Origin: an uncultured Acutalibacter sp. | Lineage (GTDB): Bacteria > Bacillota > Clostridia > Oscillospirales > Acutalibacteraceae | DNA length: 47,940 bases | Reading direction: 5' to 3' | Assembly: GCA_964648555.1 (NCBI GenBank) | Contig: CAZYLJ010000001.1 | Span: 1 to 47,940, forward strand | In this document: one piece after another, positions 37,368 through 45,636 of the stretch | Position numbering within the stretch: position 1 is the first letter of the stretch | Layout of the letters: each line of letters begins with the position of its first letter | Notes under the pieces: model-generated | Database searches by the model: none | What the model saw: the letters and a program-made list of their open reading frames with translations, nothing else | What the model was told of the DNA's origin: nothing | Program-made: the position numbers and the translations under genes

Positions 37368-38249
37368 TCAGGCTTCCCGGTCGGCCAGGCTGACGGCCAG
37401 TTCTCCCAGGAAGGCGGTGTCTCCGGGAAAAGCGTTCAGGGCACCGGCGGCCTCAGCCGTATACTTTTCCACCAAAGCCCGGGCCTTTTCCACTCCCAGC
37501 AGGGAAACGTAATTGCGCTTGTCCCGGGCGGAGTCCATATTTACGTTTTTGCCAAGCTTTTCCGCGTCGCCCAAAACATCCAGAATGTCGTCCTGAATCT
37601 GAAAGGCCATGCCGACGCCCTCGGCGTACCTGTCCGCGGCTTCGATCAGGGCGTCGCCGGCCCCGGCGGCAATGCAGCCCATGCGGCAGGCCGCGGAGAA
37701 CAGCGCCACCGTTTTAAGCATGTCCATCTGCCGGAGAAGGGGCAGGTCAGCCTCTCCTCCCTCAGTCTTCAAATCGACGCACTGGCCGCCCACCATACCC
37801 TCATCCCCGGCGCACCGGGAAAGCACAAGAGCGGCCTTCGCCGCCGCAGGCTTGTCCTCGGCGGAAAGGACGGTCTCAAAGGCTTTGGTCAAAAGGCCGT
37901 CGCCGGCCAGAAGGGCAATATCTTCCCCAAACACCTTGTGGTTAGTGAGCTTGCCACGGCGCATATCATCGTCGTCCATGCAGGGCAGGTCGTCATGGAT
38001 GAGGGAATAGGTGTGGACCATCTCCACAGCGCAGGCAAAGGGCAGGGCCTTTTCCCAAGCGCCGCCGCAGGCCTCGCAGAAGGCCAGGGTCATCATGGGC
38101 CGGATGCGTTTGCCACCGGCCAGCAGACTGTAGCGCATGGCCTCCCGCACGGGGCCCGTCCAGTCATCCGGCGCGGGTGCGGGCAGGGCCTGTTCAAGAA
38201 AGGCTTCGATTTTACCGCGATAGGCGGCGGCCTTGTCATACAGGATCAT
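37368..38249 (-). CDS. ispA: Polyprenyl (farnesyl) diphosphate synthase
   Basis: GGKRIRP, SLIHDDLPCMDDDDMRRG, GQCVD, FQIQDDILD; after xseB. Confidence 0.95.
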   Translation of the reverse strand: MILYDKAAAYRGKIEAFLEQALPAPAPDDWTGPVREAMRYSLLAGGKRIRPMMTLAFCEACGGAWEKALPFACAVEMVHTYSLIHDDLPCMDDDDMRRGKLTNHKVFGEDIALLAGDGLLTKAFETVLSAEDKPAAAKAALVLSRCAGDEGMVGGQCVDLKTEGGEADLPLLRQMDMLKTVALFSAACRMGCIAAGAGDALIEAADRYAEGVGMAFQIQDDILDVLGDAEKLGKNVNMDSARDKRNYVSLLGVEKARALVEKYTAEAAGALNAFPGDTAFLGELAVSLADREA

Positions 38250-38455
38250 TGGACGTCCTCCTTTGCCTTCTCCTGAGAAAGCTCGGTGATCTTCTGCTCC
38301 GCTTTGTCCAAAGCATCGTAGCAAAGGGCGGAAAGCTTTGCGCCCTCTTCAAACAGCTTCATGGAGTCTTCCAATGATTCTTCCCCATTTTCCAGCTTTG
38401 ATACGATTTCCTGAAGCCGCGCCATGGCGTCCTCAAATTTCAGCTTCTGTGCCAT
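38246..38455 (-). CDS. xseB: Exodeoxyribonuclease VII small subunit
   Basis: FEDAMARLQEIVSKLE..SLEDSMKLFEEG. Confidence 0.95.
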   Translation of the reverse strand: MAQKLKFEDAMARLQEIVSKLENGEESLEDSMKLFEEGAKLSALCYDALDKAEQKITELSQEKAKEDVQ

Positions 38456-39668
38456 CTTTCCCGTCCTCCTTGATCGTTTTGATCTCGGCCTCCGCCTGTC
38501 CCCGGTGGAACTGCAGGACAACCGCCTCGCCTGCCGAGATTTCTTGGGAATCTGAGACCACCCGGCCCCTTTTGTCCTTCACCACAGAGTAGCCCCGGGC
38601 CAGCACCTTCAAGGGGCTCATGTCGTCCAGCCTGCCGGAAAGCAGGGCCAGCCGCCTTTTATGATCGGAAAGCGCTTCCTCATACGCCCCGCAGAACCTG
38701 CCGAACAGCAGAGCCAGGTTCTGCTTCCAGCCTTCCAGCAGCCGTTCCGGATTTGCGAGAGGCGAATCCCGGGTCAGCAGGTCGAGGCTCTGCCGGTAAT
38801 ACTGCACCATATCCACAGCTTTCTCCCGAAAATAATCGGAAAAGGCCAGACAGTTCTCCTTTACCTCACGAATATCCGGGGTGACGAGCTCCGCCGCCGC
38901 GCTGGGCGTGGGCGCACGCACATCCGCCGCGAAGTCGCAGATAGTGAAATCCGTCTCATGGCCCACGGCGGAGACTACAGGAATGGATGAACCGTAAACC
39001 GCCCGGGCAACCGCTTCGTCGTTAAACGCCCAAAGGTCCTCCAAAGAGCCGCCGCCCCGGCCTATAATGATCACGTCGCAGGCGTTTTGGGAGTTCATTG
39101 CTTTCAGCGCGGCCACCAGCTGGGCCGGAGCCCCCTCCCCCTGGACGAGTACTGGGCAAAATACAATCTCCGCTGCGGGCCAGCGCCTGTTCGTCACCTG
39201 CAAAATATCCTGCACGGCGGCGCCGGTAGGAGAAGTGATGACGCCGATGCGCATGGGGTATCGGGGCAGGGGCCGCTTGCGCTCTTCGTCGAAAAGGCCT
39301 TCCCGCTCCAGCCTGGCCTTCAGCTGTTCGTAGGCGATCGTCAGTGCCCCAACGCCGTCCGGCTGCATGTCTTCCGCGTAAAGCTGGTACTGACCGGAAG
39401 CCTCATACACGGAAACTCGGCCGCGAACAATGACCTTCATGCCGTTTTCCGGCCGGAATTTCAGCCTGCCGGCGGCAGTGGAGAACATCACCGCTTTCAG
39501 GACAGACTTCTCATCCTTTAAGGAAAAATACAAATGACCGGAGCGGTAATGATCTGTAAAATTGGAGATCTCGCCGGTCACCGTCACGTTATTTAATCTG
39601 CCGTCGCCCTCGATGAGGGACTTGAGAAAGAAGTTCACCTGGGAGACGGTCAGCACGACGGGGGTCAC
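38433..39668 (-). CDS. xseA: Exodeoxyribonuclease VII large subunit
   Basis: GEISN..SGHLYFSLKD, TSPTGAA, RGGGSLEDLWAFN, SAVGHETD, PTPSAAAE. Confidence 0.97.
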   Translation of the reverse strand: MTPVVLTVSQVNFFLKSLIEGDGRLNNVTVTGEISNFTDHYRSGHLYFSLKDEKSVLKAVMFSTAAGRLKFRPENGMKVIVRGRVSVYEASGQYQLYAEDMQPDGVGALTIAYEQLKARLEREGLFDEERKRPLPRYPMRIGVITSPTGAAVQDILQVTNRRWPAAEIVFCPVLVQGEGAPAQLVAALKAMNSQNACDVIIIGRGGGSLEDLWAFNDEAVARAVYGSSIPVVSAVGHETDFTICDFAADVRAPTPSAAAELVTPDIREVKENCLAFSDYFREKAVDMVQYYRQSLDLLTRDSPLANPERLLEGWKQNLALLFGRFCGAYEEALSDHKRRLALLSGRLDDMSPLKVLARGYSVVKDKRGRVVSDSQEISAGEAVVLQFHRGQAEAEIKTIKEDGKDGTEAEI

Positions 39669-40084
39669 TGGTTTTTCTCCCGGTTTTCAGCAGAGCGGGC
39701 CTTCACCACAGAGGACAGCACCCCATTGACATAGGGGGCGTCGTCCTTACCGCCGAATTTCTTTGCCAGCTCTACCGCCTCGTTGATGGCCACCCCGTCC
39801 GGGATGGAGTCGTCGTGCAGCAGCTCATAGATGGAAAGCCGCAGCGCCGCCAGCGTCACCTTGGAAAGCCGCCTGATGCTCCACCCCTTGATATTTTGGG
39901 AGATGACGCCGTCCAGCTCCTCCCGATGCTCCTCCACGCCGAAGGCCTCGGCCTCCGCAAAGGAACTGGGAACAAAATCTCTTGCCTCGTTGGCGGCCTG
40001 CAGGATGTTCTGCACGGGCTCTCCCCCCACGGCCTGCTCAAAAAGGATGCAGAACGCCTGCTCACGCGATTCCCGTCTTGTCAT
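39665..40084 (-). CDS. nusB: Transcription antitermination factor NusB
   Basis: MTRRESRE arginine-rich start, LRLSIYEL, VAINEAVELAKKF, YVNGVL. Confidence 0.97.
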   Translation of the reverse strand: MTRRESREQAFCILFEQAVGGEPVQNILQAANEARDFVPSSFAEAEAFGVEEHREELDGVISQNIKGWSIRRLSKVTLAALRLSIYELLHDDSIPDGVAINEAVELAKKFGGKDDAPYVNGVLSSVVKARSAENREKNQ

Positions 40085-40124
40085 CTGTATTTATCCTTTC
40101 CAATCCTCGTCGTTCCGCGGACGC

Positions 40125-40155
40125 AAAAAAGGCCCGCCGTTTTCGGTGGGCCTTT
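40125..40155 (-). terminator. Intrinsic terminator inside the nusB leader (attenuator)
   Basis: Minus strand AAAGGCCCACCG-AAAA-CGGCGGGCCTTTTTT, located between the sigma-A promoter and the nusB RBS. Confidence 0.8.
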
Positions 40156-40177
40156 CGCGCAAAAACAAATATCGCAG

Positions 40178-40190
40178 GTTTTCAAAGCTC
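40178..40190 (-). promoter_or_regulatory. boxA-like element in the nusB leader
   Basis: GAGCTTTGAAAAC contains the CTTTGAAAA core of Firmicute rRNA boxA. Confidence 0.55.
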
Positions 40191-40209
40191 CACCGTCTCT
40201 CCTGGAAAC

Positions 40210-40238
40210 ATTATACCCGCATATATCGCTTTCCGCAA
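40210..40238 (-). promoter_or_regulatory. sigma-A promoter for nusB-xseAB-ispA
   Basis: TTGCGG-17 nt-TATAAT. Confidence 0.7.
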
Positions 40239-40270
40239 GTAAAAGTTTTTTAGGCGGCTTTCCGCCCGTG

Positions 40271-40819
40271 TCACTCTGTGCCGATGATCGTGATTTTATC
40301 GGCGGCGATCCCCATCTGCTCCATGACGATCTCCTGGATGATGAGGGTGTCCGCTCCCTCCAGCTTGCCGGAGACCACCACGCTGCACTCGCCATCGTTA
40401 AAATAGGCAACGCTCTTTTCAAAGCCCTTAGCCTGCAAAAGGTTTTCCACGTTGGTCTCCTTGAGGATGCTCTGGGCGATGAGGGAGGCCTGCTCTACCG
40501 CCGCCTTTTTGGCCTCGCTGTCGGCCTCCACGCTTTCCAGTACATCGTCCAAAAGCTCGATGGCCTCGTCCCGGGAGTTCTGCCGGTTGAGCCGGGCCTC
40601 GGCAAAGGCGTCCGTGGCGGCGGTGCCTGTCAGATCGTCGGAGACCGTCTCCACATAGGCGTTGTTCACAAGCTGGGCCGCCCCAAGCTGACTGGACGTT
40701 TCAGAGCTGTCAGAGACGGGCAGCTTGTTGGTGCCGGCAAACTGCCAGTTAAGATAGACCGCCGCGCCCAGGGCCAGCACCAGAGAAGCCAGGACCAGCT
40801 GTTTCTTTCCAAATTTCAT
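40271..40819 (-). CDS. spoIIIAH: Stage III sporulation protein AH
   Basis: N-terminal TM with AVYLNW, FAEARLNRQNSRDE, ENLLQAKGF; last gene of the eight-gene spoIIIA cluster. Confidence 0.93.
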   Translation of the reverse strand: MKFGKKQLVLASLVLALGAAVYLNWQFAGTNKLPVSDSSETSSQLGAAQLVNNAYVETVSDDLTGTAATDAFAEARLNRQNSRDEAIELLDDVLESVEADSEAKKAAVEQASLIAQSILKETNVENLLQAKGFEKSVAYFNDGECSVVVSGKLEGADTLIIQEIVMEQMGIAADKITIIGTE

Positions 40820-40872
40820 ATTCGTTCCCTCCGTTTTGTAATTGATACGTGCAGCTCAGCAAAGAGCCTTGC

Positions 40873-41442
40873 CTACCCTGTGTCCGTCACGCAGACCCTG
40901 GCAGCGGAAATATCCAGCGCAGTCCTCACCGCGTCGGTCAGCTTTTCCCGAATGACCGGCTCCCCCGCCCGGCTGCTCACGATGACCACCCCCTTCACCT
41001 CCGGCTGTATCTCGGTCACGGTCAAGGCCTGCTGGGCCCCGTCCGAAGTCTTCAAGAGTACATGGGTCGTTTTCCTTTCCTCCCTGCTGTCCTGCTCCTC
41101 CGACTGGGAATCGACAGCCTCGTCGGTGGCGTAAAGCAAGCGCCGGCCGCTTTCCAGCGTTACCAGCACCTCCGGGGAATCCTCCCCTGTGATGGAGGTG
41201 ACCACGCGGCGCAGCTTTTCCTCCAGATAAGCGGCATACTCCTCCGCCGACTGCCCGTCTGCTTCCGCGGCTTTGACCTCCTCCCCCTGCCCGCCCGAAG
41301 GCAACAGGGAGGAAAGGAAGATCAGCACCACGCCCACCGCCCCCAGCAGACACAGGAGGGTCACGCCCTTCGGCTTTTTCCCGCCTTTTCCGCCGGGTGA
41401 AATCATCTTTTGGAAAGCTTTTTTCCACTTTTCACGGTCCAT
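40873..41442 (-). CDS. spoIIIAG: Stage III sporulation protein AG
   Basis: TM segment, YAAYLEEKL, VLVTLE, PEVKGVVIV; seventh gene in the cluster. Confidence 0.9.
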   Translation of the reverse strand: MDREKWKKAFQKMISPGGKGGKKPKGVTLLCLLGAVGVVLIFLSSLLPSGGQGEEVKAAEADGQSAEEYAAYLEEKLRRVVTSITGEDSPEVLVTLESGRRLLYATDEAVDSQSEEQDSREERKTTHVLLKTSDGAQQALTVTEIQPEVKGVVIVSSRAGEPVIREKLTDAVRTALDISAARVCVTDTG

Positions 41443-41902
41443 TGCTCTTGCCCTCCACTTTGACGTCGCTCCCCAACACATTTTTCAGCAGGGCCTGCGC
41501 CCGCTCTCTGTCGGCTTCATAGGGATATATCCCTTCCACCTCTGTCAATACTATGCTGCCATCTTCCCGGATATCTGTGCCGACCTGAATTTTTTCCGCC
41601 TCGATTCCGACGGCGGAGAGAAGACCCGTCAAATACTGTTCCAGCTCTTCCTCTGCAGCCTCCTGCGTCTGTTCTTCCACATATCTGGCCAGCTCCTCCC
41701 CTGACGCCCGCGCTTTTTCAAGTGGCAGATCCAAATCGAAATCAAGGGAAAACAGGGGCGCGATCACAGACAAAAGCATCGCCAGCACGGCCAGTGCCCG
41801 GACGAAATTCACCATGGTGTTTTCCGAGCAGAGCCTGCCGATGAGCTCCGCCGCGGCCAAAACCACGCAGATCCCCGCCGCGCTTTCCAAAACCTCTTTC
41901 AT
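41432..41902 (-). CDS. spoIIIAF: Stage III sporulation protein AF
   Basis: Two N-terminal TM segments and a soluble domain; positioned between AE and AG; AGGAGG RBS. Confidence 0.75.
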   Translation of the reverse strand: MKEVLESAAGICVVLAAAELIGRLCSENTMVNFVRALAVLAMLLSVIAPLFSLDFDLDLPLEKARASGEELARYVEEQTQEAAEEELEQYLTGLLSAVGIEAEKIQVGTDIREDGSIVLTEVEGIYPYEADRERAQALLKNVLGSDVKVEGKSNGP

Positions 41903-41913
41903 AATGATCCTCC

Positions 41914-43020
41914 TTAACCGGAACCGCCTACGAAAAGCAGAATGGCGGCGCTGACCACACACACAGCGCAGGTGGAGGCGATAACCGCCAGCACCATTTT
42001 TGCCGCCGAGGCGCACATGCCAAAAAACGAGCTGAGCCCCGGCGCGTCGAACAGATCGGCTGCAAGCCGGCCCGCCCCGCAGACCAGCGACCACAGCAGA
42101 GCTTCAATGGCCGTGGGCGCGAAGATGCAAAGCGCCGCCAAAATGCCGAAGGCTCCCGCGCCGGACTTTACCAGCCTCACACTGTTCCGGATAGCCGCCA
42201 CAGCATCGCCGAACGCCCCACCCACGATGGGAACAGCGGCGGAAACCGCCAGCTTTGCCGCCTTGTTCGTGGCGGCGTCCACCTGGGCGTTTAAGGCGGT
42301 CTGGACGGAGAGCACCCCGGAAAAGACCGTCACCGCCAGCACCAAGAGCCACTTGGCAAAGCTGTAAAGGGAACCCGCAAGGCTCCTGAAATTGACCTTT
42401 GACACGCAGGAGACAAAAGCCAGCGCCAGAAAGATCTGAAGGGCCGGGAAGATCACGGCGGAGGAAAGAATGGGGATGACGTTCCCGGCGGCAAGAGTGA
42501 GGAAGCTGTAGGATGCCCCCGCCGCAGGGCTGCCGGAGGCGGTCATCAGCCCGCCGTACACCGGCACGGCCGCCAGCAGAAAGGCGGAAGCACCCTCCAC
42601 CGCCCGGGCAGTAGAGCGCATGACCTGCAGAAGAGGCGTCACGACCAGAGAGGCGCAGGCAAGGGCCCCGGCAAAGGCGGCCACCCCGCCGGCGCCGTCC
42701 CTGTCAAGGCACCCGCCCAGACTGCACAGGACAATGACGGCAATCAGCGCGGCCAAAGCCTTTATGGGGCCCAGCAGCTTTTCCCGGACGGCCTGAGACA
42801 GGGCGCTGAAGAGCCCGTCTCCTTCCGGCTGAAGGGTAAAGCCCTCTACCCCCGCGCTGCTGAGGAGCTCCTTTGTTTCGCTGCCAAGGCTGTCAAAAAG
42901 CTCCTCCGCCCCGCTCTTTTCGATCAGATCTTCCACGGTAGCAGTCTCCTCCGCCCTGGCGCTCATGCTGAAAAGAGAAAGCGCAAGGAGCACCGCGAGA
43001 AAAACCGGCAGCCGTTTCAT
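41914..43020 (-). CDS. spoIIIAE: Stage III sporulation protein AE
   Basis: Multi-pass membrane protein with AVPIVGGAFGDA motif; position in the cluster. Confidence 0.9.
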   Translation of the reverse strand: MKRLPVFLAVLLALSLFSMSARAEETATVEDLIEKSGAEELFDSLGSETKELLSSAGVEGFTLQPEGDGLFSALSQAVREKLLGPIKALAALIAVIVLCSLGGCLDRDGAGGVAAFAGALACASLVVTPLLQVMRSTARAVEGASAFLLAAVPVYGGLMTASGSPAAGASYSFLTLAAGNVIPILSSAVIFPALQIFLALAFVSCVSKVNFRSLAGSLYSFAKWLLVLAVTVFSGVLSVQTALNAQVDAATNKAAKLAVSAAVPIVGGAFGDAVAAIRNSVRLVKSGAGAFGILAALCIFAPTAIEALLWSLVCGAGRLAADLFDAPGLSSFFGMCASAAKMVLAVIASTCAVCVVSAAILLFVGGSG

Positions 43021-43031
43021 GATGGCCGCCC

Positions 43032-43421
43032 TCATAGCTTTACAAGCTCTTCCAGGAAGGAGAATACCTGGGTAAACAGCGGCAGCGACACCGCAAGGAT
43101 CGCCGCCTTGGAGGAAAGCTCCACCGCATAGGAAAGGGCGGACTCTCCGGCATCCTTGCAGATGTGGGATGCAAGCTGCCCGGCCAGCGCAATGCCCACG
43201 GCCTTCAGCACAGCGGTCAGCGCCTGCAGGGGGACACCCTGGGCGTTTGTGAAGCTTTCGATCTGACGAAGGAGAGGGGCCAGCCTGTCCAGCGCCGCCA
43301 GCAGGATCATAACGCAGGCCGCCGCCCCGATGAGAAGGGAGAATTCCCGGTTGCTTTTTTTGACCACCGCGCCGATGATCACGGCACACACTGCGCACAC
43401 GGCCACGCCGAAAATATCCAT
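43032..43421 (-). CDS. spoIIIAD: Stage III sporulation protein AD
   Basis: LKAVGIA, ICKDAGESAL, VELSSK..LP. Confidence 0.92.
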   Translation of the reverse strand: MDIFGVAVCAVCAVIIGAVVKKSNREFSLLIGAAACVMILLAALDRLAPLLRQIESFTNAQGVPLQALTAVLKAVGIALAGQLASHICKDAGESALSYAVELSSKAAILAVSLPLFTQVFSFLEELVKL

Positions 43422-43423
43422 AG

Positions 43424-43618
43424 TCACAGCTGAAAGATGGACTTGACCGCCTGAAACAGCGCGTCGATCTCGTTGATGATCATCATCAGCACCACAATCA
43501 GCCCGGCCAGGGTGGTCATCATGGCCTGCTCCTCCCTGCCGGAGCGGACGAGCAGCTGGTTTAAGACGGCGACAATAATGCCAATAGCGGCTATTCTGAA
43601 AATGAAATCCACATCCAT
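43424..43618 (-). CDS. spoIIIAC: Stage III sporulation protein AC
   Basis: MDVDFIFRIAAIGIIVAVLNQLLVRSGREEQAMMTTLAG. Confidence 0.96.
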   Translation of the reverse strand: MDVDFIFRIAAIGIIVAVLNQLLVRSGREEQAMMTTLAGLIVVLMMIINEIDALFQAVKSIFQL

Positions 43619-43649
43619 CTTTACACACACTTCCTTTTTATCTTATCCT

Positions 43650-44129
43650 TCACCACAGCACAAGGCAGAGCAGCACCGCTCCAAACACGCCCAGGGAAAC
43701 GCAGAGCCTGCTCTTTTTCTCCCGGGCTTCTTCCGCTTTTTTCAGATTCTTATCGATCAGAGAGCTATATAGCTCGATATGCTCCAGCTGACTGCTGACA
43801 TCGCTGTCGCCGAGGCCCTGCACGAAGCCGCGGTAAAGCTCTTTGTCCTCCGCCTCCCGCAAAAGGCTCTCCCCGGCCTTTCGCAGCGCCGTTTTCGGCT
43901 CGGCGGGAAAGCAGGGCTCTTCTGCCGCCAAGCGGCAAAAGAGGGAATTTCTCTCCCCGGAGATGAGCTCAGGTAACGGTCTGGCGGAATAGCCCATCCC
44001 GGCGGCAAGAGAGCGCAGCAGGCATTTCAGATCACGGAGGAGCTCCACCCGGCGCTTGAGCTCCCCCGCTCTCCAGGTCCCGATCCCAAGCCCGCACAAA
44101 AGCACCAGGGCCATCCCCATTGCTTTCAC
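43650..44129 (-). CDS. spoIIIAB: Stage III sporulation protein AB
   Basis: N- and C-terminal TM segments, RRVELL, LGDSDVSSQ; GTG start after GAGG. Confidence 0.88.
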   Translation of the reverse strand: MKAMGMALVLLCGLGIGTWRAGELKRRVELLRDLKCLLRSLAAGMGYSARPLPELISGERNSLFCRLAAEEPCFPAEPKTALRKAGESLLREAEDKELYRGFVQGLGDSDVSSQLEHIELYSSLIDKNLKKAEEAREKKSRLCVSLGVFGAVLLCLVLW

Positions 44130-45042
44130 ATTCCTCACCACCAAAGTATTCTATCGTCTCGATCTCCCCCGGTTGAGCCCGGCCAACAAGACAGGCCGCC
44201 GCCCCAAAAGCGCCGGTGCGCAAAAGCTCCCTGCACAGGGGGCGCTGATAAAGCTCCTCCCGCCCGGCGTGGACGGAAGCGATAAGCCCCACCCCGGAAA
44301 GCGCCGCCTTCCGCACGGTGTCCAGATCCTCCGGGGAAAGCTCGTCGCAGATAATGTACTGGGGCGACAGCATCCGAATGGCCACGTCAAAGGCCCGTTC
44401 CTTCGGATAACCAAGCAGTACGTCGGCGCAGGGGCCAAGGTCGAACTCTCCGCCGATCTCCCCACGCTCGTCCAGCACGGCCACACGGCTGGCAGGCTGG
44501 AATTTCCCGGAGGAAAGGGAGGCGGCCAGATCCCGCAGCAGGGTGGTCTTGCCGCTGGAGGGCTCCCCCGCCACCAGCAGGCCCTTTCGCAGATCGACGC
44601 CCTCCAAAAAGAGCCTGTCCGCACAGCCCCGCACATCACGGGGGATGCGGAACACCAGGCTGGTAATGTCACGGACGCTTTTCACCTGGCCCTTTTCCAG
44701 CACCGCTGTGCCGCACAGGCCCACCCGGCACCCGGAGGACATCTGTATGTAGCCCTTTCTGATCTCGTGCTCGTGGCTGAAAACAGAGTGGGCGCAGCTC
44801 TGCACGAAGATCTCCTGCATCTCGCCCATGGAGACACGCAGAAGGCCGTTCGTCAACCCCCTGCACACCGTGCCGTCCTCCCGGAGGAAGAATACGCCCT
44901 CCCTGCCGCAGACGGCCAAGGGCTGCCTTGCCCGCAGGCGGATGTCAAAGGCCTGGGCCTTCACATCATCCGGCAGGCGGTGCAGAAGCTCTCCGTATTT
45001 TGGGATGTGCAGGGCAACGTTGTCAAAATCGGAAGTGTTCAT
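44032..45042 (-). CDS. spoIIIAA: Stage III sporulation protein AA (ATPase)
   Basis: IRLR, GYI..GCRVGLCG, GEPSSGKTTLLRD, DERGEI, SPQYIICDEL, ASVH. Confidence 0.95.
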   Translation of the reverse strand: MNTSDFDNVALHIPKYGELLHRLPDDVKAQAFDIRLRARQPLAVCGREGVFFLREDGTVCRGLTNGLLRVSMGEMQEIFVQSCAHSVFSHEHEIRKGYIQMSSGCRVGLCGTAVLEKGQVKSVRDITSLVFRIPRDVRGCADRLFLEGVDLRKGLLVAGEPSSGKTTLLRDLAASLSSGKFQPASRVAVLDERGEIGGEFDLGPCADVLLGYPKERAFDVAIRMLSPQYIICDELSPEDLDTVRKAALSGVGLIASVHAGREELYQRPLCRELLRTGAFGAAACLVGRAQPGEIETIEYFGGEECESNGDGPGAFVRAWDRDLESGGAQAPGGAPP

Positions 45043-45077
45043 TTCTGCCTGCCTTTCTTTCTCCGCTGGGATGTTCC

Positions 45078-45106
45078 ATCATATGGAGCGGGCCTCAAAA
45101 ATAGAA
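45078..45106 (-). promoter_or_regulatory. sigma-E-type promoter for spoIIIA
   Basis: Minus strand TTCTAT..CATATGAT with the usual spacing; spoIIIA is sigma-E controlled in studied spore formers. Confidence 0.6.
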
Positions 45107-45135
45107 CAAGCCCCGCGCCTTCCGCAAAGAAGCGC

Positions 45136-45174
45136 AAAAAACCAGCCTGACATTTTTCTGTCAGGCTGGTTTTT
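45136..45174. terminator. Intrinsic terminator ending the ROK-galM-NUDIX unit
   Basis: AAAAACCAGCCTGACA-7 nt-TGTCAGGCTGGTTTTT perfect inverted repeat. Confidence 0.85.
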
Positions 45175-45195
45175 GCTTTTGTTATTCTGCTCTTG

Positions 45196-45624
45196 TTATT
45201 CTTCTGGCTCCTGCTCCCGCGCTTGCAGATAGCGGAAAAAGGAGCGAAGGATCTCCCGGTCGTTTGAGAAGGTCACAAGCTCCATAGCGTGCTCCTCGTC
45301 CTCCCAGCGGATATCCAGGACTTCCTCCGGCTGGGCCTTTGTCTTGCCGGACTCCACCCTGGCAGCGAAGTAGATGACGTCCTTCATCACATTGGGCTTT
45401 GGCGAGTAGGTCACGGATTCCCGGAAGCCGGTCTCCAGCTTTACCTTCAAGCCGGTCTCCTCCCTGATCTCCCGCTTGGCGGTCTCTTTTTCCGTTTCCT
45501 GCTTTTCCACGTGGCCCTTGGGGAACGCCCAGTGGCCGCCGTTCTTGTGCCGGATGAGCAGGACTTCCACTCTGCCCTCGTTTCGGCGGTAGATGACGGC
45601 GCCGCAGGATTTTTCTCTCTTCAT
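45196..45624 (-). CDS. NUDIX hydrolase (Ap4A hydrolase-like)
   Basis: EKSCGAVIY, HWAFPKGHVE..ETAKREIREETGL Nudix box. Confidence 0.92.
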   Translation of the reverse strand: MKREKSCGAVIYRRNEGRVEVLLIRHKNGGHWAFPKGHVEKQETEKETAKREIREETGLKVKLETGFRESVTYSPKPNVMKDVIYFAARVESGKTKAQPEEVLDIRWEDEEHAMELVTFSNDREILRSFFRYLQAREQEPEE

Positions 45625-45636
45625 AGGCACGCTCCC

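Noticed and set aside
40253-40267. GGCGG-AAAG-CCGCC hairpin after spoIIIAH as a terminator
   Set aside because: Short stem followed by an A tract rather than a U tract on the coding strand, so it was not called.
40081-40422. 113-aa minus-strand ORF across the spoIIIAH-nusB spacer
   Set aside because: It overlaps spoIIIAH off-frame and crosses a promoter and terminator; no coding features.
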